Shown piece after piece: positions 47,229-64,000 of a stretch of DNA of 64,000 nucleotides. The notes beneath the pieces were generated by a model, which was not told where the DNA came from, did not search any database, and saw only the letters and a program-made list of their open reading frames with translations. Position 1 is the first letter of the stretch, and the number at the start of each line of letters is the position of its first letter. The stretch is from Felis catus. Its lineage: Eukaryota. A program made the translations under genes and the position numbers. The stretch lies in NCBI RefSeq assembly GCF_018350175.1, contig NC_058368.1, positions 173,478,001-173,542,000 on the forward strand. Direction: 5' to 3'.

Positions 47229-47735
47229 GTGAGGCGGTCGCGCTCCGGACGCCCGGGTTGGGGAAGGGCTGGGGATGGAGAGGGGACTGGGCGGGATGGG
47301 GAAAGGGCTGGGAGCAGAGTTGGGGAACCCGCTGGAGAACGGGGAGACGGCTCCGCTAGGTGCGTGTCAGTGTGTGCCCTGGGGTATGTGTGACTGCTGC
47401 TCTGTGTCTGCAACTGCCTGGGTGGCCTTGTGGACGTGCGCCCGTGCCCGTGTTCGTGTGTCAGGGTGTCCGTGCGCGTTTGAACGTCTGCGTGTCCTGT
47501 ATGTGCACGTGAGCGTGTCGGTGGAGAATGTTTGTGTGTATGGTCGTGTGACTCTGTCGTGTGTGTACGTACAGGCAGGCGCTAGGGCTGCGCGCCGAGC
47601 CCAGCACCCCGGTTCCTCGGGGCTGCAGGTTGCAGGGCCCCGGATAACCGAGGCAGTGGATCCTCCCGCGTCCCTGGGTTTCAAGGACGCTAGGACTCGT
47701 CGCGGCCCTGTGGCCTCACGCTGGGCAGGGGGTAA

Positions 47736-56151
<8,416 letters not shown>

Positions 56152-56748
56152 GGGCCCAGGACGGCCCCCCACCAGCAGCACAATTTCCTCCCTGTCCCCT
56201 GCCCCCCCCCCCAGAGCCAGGGCTGTCCTTCTACCCCTTCCCCCCAAACACGAGATCTTCCTTTGCTCCGAGGGGCTCCCTTGGAGCCTGTGTTGGTGTC
56301 TGTCCATCTGTCTGTCCTACCCGCCCGCGTCCAATCCTGGGGCGCGGACAGGGCCGGGGCTGTTGCCCCCACGTATGTTGCCCTCCTCCCCACCGCATCC
56401 CGTCCAATGTTTCCGCGGGTGTAGCATGTTCTATGTATTTTTAAACGAAGACCAGAAAGCGACGGCTCCCTCCACACATCCCCGACAGAGACTCTCCGAG
56501 GGCCCCCCGGGCAGCCCAGAGCCCCCCACCCAACTCCCACAACGATCCCAAGAACGTTTGTTGTTTTGTTTTGTTTTGTTTTTAAACCAAAACCAGGAGC
56601 CAGGCTGTGCCATGCCCCCTCCCTCAGCCGGCCCAGTCCGAACGCGGGCGTCGTGTGTCGTGATTGTGGCATGGAGAGTCCCCCACCCCCCGTGTGAGCG
56701 TGTCCTGGGTGGGCGGGCCCGGGCGCCTCCCCCCTTCGCGTGTCCACG

Positions 56749-56754
56749 AATAAA
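56749..56754 (+). terminator. SNCB: SNCB polyadenylation signal AATAAA
   Basis: AATAAA about 600 nt after the stop codon. Confidence 0.85.
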
Positions 56755-56988
56755 GCCAATCTGTCTGTAGCCGCCGCCGCATGGGCAAAGGCAGGGTTGG
56801 AGGTGGGTGGGGGCGGCCTACCGGCTTCCAGGTCCCAGACTACAGGCCTGGCACCCTCAGCCCAGGTACAAGACTGACCACCTCGGGCCTCAGTTTCTCC
56901 ATCTCCTATCTTCCCCTGGGATGACCTGGAGGGAGAGGGTCTACGCAGGCTGGGAACTGCTGTTGGCTAGGAGTGAAGGTGGCCTCAG

Positions 56989-57002
56989 GCGCCACCTGCT
57001 GG
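56989..57002 (-). promoter_or_regulatory. CTCF core motif CCAGCAGGTGGCGC
   Basis: Exact match to the CCASYAGRKGGCRS consensus on the minus strand. Confidence 0.7.
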
Positions 57003-57049
57003 ACCGTAAAGCGCCTGCTGGGGTGCAAGGCCAAGGGAAGGAAGCCCAG

Positions 57050-58100
57050 AGCCGCACGCAGCAGGGCAGGGTGGACGGGCTCACACCTCTCTGCGCACTC
57101 AGAGTAGGGACGCGGATGATAACGCACGCGCAGACATGTGTACGGGTATCCTGGTCCTTGCGCGCCAGCCCGAGTGTACGCACCTTAGCAGGCGCGCACG
57201 AGCAGACACGCGTGCACACACACTGATCGGCACGTGCAGACTCGCGCGCGCACTCAGTCACACGCGCGCCGCAGAGGAGCCCTCGGAAACCAGCAGCGCG
57301 GGCACTGAAAGACCCCGCTTGCGCGCGAGCAGAGCGTTTACAGGTGCATCCCGCAGCGCACACCTGACTAACACAGAAAAACGCACCCAAGGGTAAGGGG
57401 AATGGCAGTTGCCCCAGAAGGAGGCAGAGCTCGGGCAACCGATGTTCTATCCCTCCCGGAAAGGCGTCTGAAGGTTTTCGGCTTCGGCTGAGGTGGGCAA
57501 GGGTACGCAGAAAGCTGGGAGGCCGGCCAGGAGCCCTGAGAGGATCAGGATCGGCACTAGAGGGCCCCCAACACCGTGTAGGTGTGGGGAAGAAGGGGGC
57601 GGAGCCGCCGCGGTGAGGCGCAAAGGCTCCGCCTCCGGCAGGGGGGAAGGCGCTGTTCTGATTGGCATAGAAGCGCCAGCTGAGGCTCCGCCCCCACCGG
57701 TGCAGCGCTGCGGCCTCTTTTGCCGCAGTGGCTCTCTAAACCTGGCTCGAACGGAGGCCCCGCCCCCGCCCTTGCGGAAGCCCCGCTTTGCTTTGCCGCA
57801 GGGGCCCCTAACCTGGTCTGCGCAAGACGTCACCCCCTTTTCTCCCGGATGCGACCTCCTTTCCGACTTTAGCCCTGCCTCGCCCTTTAGACCCCGGGGC
57901 TGGTAGGAGCTTGCTCTATTTAATCAACTCCTAGGTGTTAGCGCTTCGTCTTTCCCTGAGTCGTTGGGGCCTGGAGATGGTGCCAGGGCCGCGTAGGCCT
58001 TGAAAGCTGCAAGAGACCGGTCACCTTGGCCTGCAGTGTGCGAGCCATGATTTCCGGAAGTAGGAGGCAGCTGGCAGACGTGTGCGTAGGGAGAACAAAC
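57050..58100. promoter_or_regulatory. CpG island with promoter motifs downstream of SNCB
   Basis: CCAAT (ATTGG 57661), GC boxes, CRE-like GACGTCA 57826, TATTTAA 57917, ETS CCGGAAGT 58054. Confidence 0.65.
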
Positions 58101-60793
58101 CGGTGGGCTCAAGATTCTCTGATTCAACGTGTGGGTGCCAGGATCTCAGATCCCTTTTGACTGAATTAAGATACTATTTACAAACTCATAGTTTGCAGGG
58201 ATTGCAAACTCGTGGCCTTCACGTTAACCGTGGCCTGTGGAGATGTTTAATGTGCTGGCACAAGGTTTAAAGGTTTCTCATTTGATTCCAGTTAACGACA
58301 GTCCCTTTCCCTCCCCATTGTATTCATCTCATCCACTTCACTCATTTTAATGAACTACCTGGCTGGTAAAGAATGTAAGTTTGCCACCTCTTTTCCAGCT
58401 ACCATCACCTGATCCCCATTTTTAGATGCTAAAATCAGGTACACCATCTGGCTTATGGGGAGGTTTATTCTTCCTTCCTGAGTGCCAAGCCGCGCACCTG
58501 GTTTTCTGAACCTGGTTTTCTGCTCAGAGACCAATGTTGTCATCTGACAGGGTCACTTTAAATGCATTCCAGGCACAGGCCCAGATGCATCCGTGGAAGA
58601 TACCAGCCCTGTGTCAGAGGGCAGTCCTGACTGTGGGTACACACGTGAGAGGACACCGCTGATGGGTTCCTCCCTTATGAAGGGATGGAACCATTTCTCA
58701 AGTGCCCAGTATGTCCCCAGCATCCAACACTTGTCTCCATTATTTTACTTGAAACCATCCTCAAGGATTCCTTGTTATTTTAAAGCCAAATTTATGGATG
58801 AGAGAATGGAGGCCAGACAGGCAAAGTTACCTGTCCTCGGTCATATTTCTGGGAAGTGGCAAAGTCCACATTCGGCCCCAAGCCTGAGTCCAAAGCTCAC
58901 CTCCCTTGGAATTTTCCAAAACGACTTTCTCTGGGGGAGACAAGAAAACACCAACAATAGGGAAACGTGGAGGCAGCCACAGAGCAGAAATAACAGACAC
59001 TTGTGCAGTTTCATGGAGACTGAAGTGAGATGAAAGGGGTTGAGCTGTGTGGGCACACTTACCTATGTGATGCAGGTGTATCTGCGTCTCCACGTGTACA
59101 TGGATGTTGCTTGAGTGTGTCATGTGTGATTATTTAGTCGTTCAACAATGCCTGCTCTGTTCTTAGAAGCGAGGGGCTGCAGGTCGATGCCTTGAGAGAG
59201 CTCACATCCTCTGGATCCACGAATACTTGGAATAAGATAATTTTGAGTTTTATGACAAACGTAAAACAGAGTGATGTGACAGGATCTGACAAGGAGGGGT
59301 GGGTGACCAGTGTAAAATTGGGGTGGTCAAGTCAGGCATCTGAGGTGAGGTTAGAGCTGAAACCTTAATGAAAAGGAGGTTGGCATGGGAAGAGCTGGGG
59401 AGCAAGGGCCCACCTCTCTGTTGGCCAGTCCCACCTCACCTGACCCACTCCTTCCTTTCCTTTGCCAGTGCTCTTTCTTCTACCTGGACAGTTCCACCTC
59501 TGCCTGTTGAAATCCTTCCCTCCTCTGATCTTAGTCCGTAGCCCTCCAACCAGAAGTGATTTATTTCTCCTCATCACCCCTGTGCCACCCAGCCGTGCAC
59601 AGAGAACCCACACCCCACACCGCACCCATATTAGCACTCAGAGGGTCTTTGCTGGCTGGCTAATCTGAAAATTGCCCTCTTCCCCCGATGAAGAGCTGGG
59701 GGCTGTCCTGGTGTTCCCACCATTCGCCTGTCTCCCTCCCGGTCTCCCCACCCCCATCCCTAGTAATGTGGTTCCACAGCTTTCTCTGGAACTTTATTTT
59801 TGTTTTCTCCCTTCCCTATTTATAGCTCTCTCCCCTCCGAACCATCCCTGCATCCATCCTGTTGCCTAGAAACTGGCTCTGGGCTGAGGGTGGGGGAAGG
59901 CCAGGCCCGAGCCCAGGCAGGGGGGAAGGAAGAGCTGTCACCCACTCCCCCTCTCAGCACCGCCCCCAGGCTCCCAGAAAGCCACTCCGCCCTCTGCCCA
60001 GCACCCACAGCTGTTTTATAAAAGATAAATCAAAATGTAAAAAAAAAACAACAGCTTTTGTGAAGTCCTTCACAGCCTCTAAAGGGCATGATGTGTGTGA
60101 TTTCATTTGTGCCTCTCAATAGCCTGCCCTGCCAGAGGCCTGCACCCATTTCTTCAGATGAGGAAACTGAGGCTTTGGTAAGCAAAGGACCCACAGCTGA
60201 AGTCTTCTCAGTAGAAACTCCGCAGCTCTGGATTTTTTAGACTTGGGATATTGGCCTGAAACACTGAAAAGAAAAATTTTTAAGTATTAAAAAAATAACA
60301 TGATCCATGAATTGCAGAGGGTAGAGAAAAATGTCATGATCCCGCTGCACACTAAGCAACCGATCACGCCTCGGCCATGACCTCCACAATGCCCCCTCCC
60401 AAGCCACTCCACCATGCCCCTTTCGATGCCCCAACAATGGTTTCACCATGCCTCCCACCATGGGCCCACTATGCCACCTCGCAGTCCCCCTACCATGTTC
60501 CTACCATGCCCCACGATGCCCAGCTGTAGCTCATCTCCGGCCCTAACACTTATCTTCCACAGATTGGACCAGGAAGCCTGAGCTTGGCTCCTGGCTCTGT
60601 CATTTCACCAAGCGGGGTGACCCTGGATAGTTCGTGGAACCTCTTTGAGCTTCAGTGTGCTCAGCTCAAAAGTAAGGATACTAATTTCCACCATGGCACT
60701 AATAAGAGAATTAAATGAGATACCGATGAAAAAGTGCTTTGCAGACTGTGGATTGCTGAAACATGTGAGTGATCAATTAGAATAATAAATATT

Positions 60794-61021
60794 GGGGCAC
60801 CTGGGTGGCTCAGTCAATTAAGCGTCCGACTTCAGCTCAGGTCATGATCTCACGGTTTGTGAGCTCAAGCCCTGCATTGGGATCTGTGCTGACAGCTCAG
60901 AGCCTGGAACCTGCTTCAGATTCTGTGTCTCCCTCTCTCTCTGGCCCTCCTGCTTGCACTCTGACTCTCTCTCTCTCTCTCTCTCTCAAAAATAAACAGA
61001 CATTAAAAACAATTTTTTAAG
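60794..61021 (+). mobile_element. Can-SINE
   Basis: TSD TAGAATA(A/G)TAAATA. Confidence 0.9.
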
Positions 61022-61901
61022 TTTAGAATAGTAAATAGTGTTATTGTTGTTATCATCAGGGCCAAGAGATGGGGCAGGGGAACCAAAGTGGGCCCTGGGA
61101 TCAGAGAGGGAGCCCACAGCCTGTGTCCAGGAAGAAGGGCCTCTTTTCCTGGAAGAATGCAGGACAAGGGTGGAGACCACCTGAGAGCACCTGCAAACCA
61201 CTGAGCAGTGGAGGACGGAGCCCCAGGTGCCTGATTCCTCTTTCTTTCTCAAGTGCCCCTGTTCCCTGTCCCTATCCCCTGCTTCCCCTTCTTCCTGTCC
61301 CCCATCCCAAGGCCCACTTCTGCCTTCAAAACAAGCTCTCTGGGCAGAATGGGGAAGAGGCCTGCCAAGGAGCAGCTGGGCCATGATTCAGCCTGAGTCA
61401 CCCATCCAAATCCCAGGGCCGCCCCCAGCTGGGCCAGGGCCTGCAGCTGCCAGGGGAAGGGGGCTGGGCAGAGGGAGGGAGGGAGGGGCCTCTGTGGGCA
61501 GTGGACTGTGCTCAGAGGTGCCTAGTCCAGGAGCTTTCATGAATATAGGGCAGTGCTGTGAGGGCCCGGGTGTGATGCATATGAGGAGGTGGGGTGGGGA
61601 GGTGACCCCATAGACATCTATTTGGGCTGACTGAAGAGGTAAGGTTTTCGTCTGTGTGTGTGTGTGTGTGTGTGTGCGCTTGCCTGCACAGTCATGGGGT
61701 GTCACATGTATATCTGACTAAATGAAGAAGGGCTGATAGTGTGGGCAGAAGTTTGGCTCCCAGCTCTGTCGCTTTCTAGCTGTGTGACCCTGGCAAGTTA
61801 CTTAATCTCTCTGAACTTCTGTTTCCTCACTTATGAAATAGCAATAATAATATCAATCTCAGATGGTTTTCCTTAAATGGTTTTTAAAATGTTTATTTAT
61901 T

Positions 61902-62053
61902 GGGGCACCTGGGTAACTCAGTCGGTTAAGCCTCCAACATCCGACTTCGGCTCACGTCATGATTTCATGGTTCGTGAGTTGGAGCCCCGTATCAGGCTCT
62001 CTGCTGTCAGTGCAGAGCCCGCTTCAGATCCTCTCTGCCCCTCTCCTGCTCAT

Positions 62054-62101
<48 letters not shown>

Positions 62102-62142
62102 CCTCCCTCCCTCCCTCCAAAAATAAATAAACATTAAAAAAA
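61902..62142 (+). mobile_element. Can-SINE nested in the tail of an opposite-strand Can-SINE
   Basis: 17-bp TSD TAAAATGTTTATTTATT at 61885 and 62143. Confidence 0.9.
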
Positions 62143-62348
62143 TAAAATGTTTATTTATTTTGAGAGAGAGAGAGAGAGAATGGGTGCAAGTGGTGGGGGT
62201 AGAGAGAGAGGGAGAAAGACAATCTCAAGTAGGCTCTGCACTGTCAGTGCAGAGCCCAACACGGGGCTCAATCTCACAAACCGTGAAATCATGACCAAAG
62301 CCAAAATCAAGAGTCAGATGCCTAACCAACTAAGCCGCCCAGCACCCC
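62143..62348 (-). mobile_element. Can-SINE (host of the nested copy)
   Basis: Head at about 62348, tail continues at 61878-61901. Confidence 0.85.
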
Positions 62349-64000
62349 CACTTAAGTATGAAACGTAATAAGATGATGACTGTAAAACATTTAGGCAGCC
62401 AGTGAATGGTACGATACTACCACCACCATCATCATCTAGAGTATATTGGGTTATACAGTGCTTGCATGAGAATGGACATGTATCTGAGTGTTTGTATTCC
62501 TGTGTGTCTGTACAAGCCTAGGTGGGTAGGGGGTCTGGATGAGTGTTTCTTAAAGGACTGAGTGAATGTGTATTGTGTGTGTGTGTGTGTCTGAAGCAGA
62601 GATAAGAACTATTCAGAAAGTGGGTTTGTATGGCACTGTCTGCCATATGATCCACCCCCTTCCCCCCCCCCCCATATCACACCTTCCCCAGAGGCCATCA
62701 TTTGCTGAAATTCAGCCTAGACCACGACGAGCGCTCAGGCAGAGGAACGGAGAAACTGCGGATGCTGCTGTATTGGGAATCTCACTTTCTCAAAAGCCTT
62801 TAGCCTCCAGCAGATCTGGAATGGGCGTGAAAGGGGGACTGTGTCTGATGGAGTGGCTATGAACATGAGAGAGCACGAGGGGTACGTGTGTGTGCGCGCG
62901 TGGAGTTGGGGGTTGGCTGCCGTCTCTGCTCTGGTACAGGCTGCTTGTCTCCATGGCGCCTGTTGCCACACACGCTTGCTTTTCAGAAAGTCACTGGGAT
63001 TGTTTATTCCGCCCCCAGCCTGGGCGCCAGCCAAGGAGCTGCAGGCACTTGTTTATCTTCTGGTGCGTACGAGCGAGCGTGTGTGGCTTCCCAGCAGCAA
63101 ACCAACCCGAGGTACGTGCGCACACACACTCACACGGGTGTGGTGACCATGTTAGTTTTTACAGGATGAGCCCAAACCCCAGGATGAGTCATAACCCAGG
63201 CCCAGGCAGATTCACTCCACATAGGGACGAAGATGACCCCTCAGCAGCTCTAGGTAGACAACACACCAGTTTAGCAACCCCCAAAGCTCCAGGCAAATGT
63301 GAGAGTCAGTTGCTCTGGCTGTGGTCCTGTGCTCTGGCCCCAACCCCGGAACTAATCATTGTGCAGTGGTTGGCCAGGCCTAAGTCACTGCCCACTCCTA
63401 AAGCTGGCAGTGAGGCCCGTCCTACCCCACCACATGGGCTGGAGCGGGAAGGTGGTTCCCCAAGGAAAATGGAGGTGCTGTGGTCAGAAAAGAGTGCACG
63501 GAGCTGGGCCTGCCATAACCCTCGCATCTACCATGAGTGTGTTACACTATGCTTAGTGCTTGGTGGTTTTATTTCTCCCTATATCCTCTTCAGAGGTCTG
63601 AGAGCCGAGGTACATAGGACGATGTGGAGGCTCAGACAGACTGCAGTCAAGGCTACATAGCTAGTAGCCATCAGAGTCAGGATCTGAACCCACACTGCCT
63701 ACTTCCATGCGCTTTTTGAGCTCTCACTCTGTCTTAGCAAGTGTTTTATTCTGTTGTCTGGAAATTTTCATTTTTAAGCATGTTTCTATCAATAAGTTTG
63801 CATGGAACAAAAGTGGTTGGAGAGTGTGGCAAAGGGCACAGGTGGAGAGAGGCCCTGACTGTGCCCATGTAGCAGACACAGCTGGATCTCTGACCACATG
63901 CCTTCAGATGCCCTTACAATTTCTGTACCCGCCAGCTAGACTCCCAACAGGTGGTACCTGAATCTTTGTCAAAAATCTGCCCCTGGGTTTTGGAACCCAC

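Noticed and set aside
57649..57666. REST/RE1 site
   Set aside because: Only a partial right half (GAACAGCGCC on the minus strand); the TTCAGCACC half is absent.
62890..63660. 256-aa ORF, the longest in the track
   Set aside because: Non-ATG start, runs through LTR/MIR-like sequence, no recognisable homology.

Overview
Mammalian genomic DNA, most likely a felid, judged from abundant cat-type tRNA-derived Can-SINEs. The gene order matches human 5q35.2 as I recall it. Three intact spliced genes can be built with canonical GT-AG junctions: TSPAN17 (minus; 8 coding exons, 270 aa, plus a possible ninth exon giving 281 aa), EIF4E1B (minus; 7 coding exons, 252 aa if the proposed MATASP start exon is used) and SNCB/beta-synuclein (plus; 5 coding exons, 134 aa). 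Positions 1-19 kb and 58-64 kb are intergenic and contain MaLR/ERVL solo LTRs, L1/L2/MIR relics, DNA transposons, Can-SINEs and a few enhancer-like stretches. Most ORFs in the supplied track are spurious. I found no wholly new gene or multi-gene system. The best leads are: a TSPAN17 stop codon that doubles as a splice donor and can add a GYxxPhi/dileucine sorting tail; an EIF4E-like micro first exon for EIF4E1B; a possible antisense first exon at the SNCB CpG island; an orphan CpG-island promoter behind a perfect CTCF site 3' of SNCB; and a recurrent retrotransposon insertion hotspot. Repeat family names and cross-species comparisons come from memory, not database searches.
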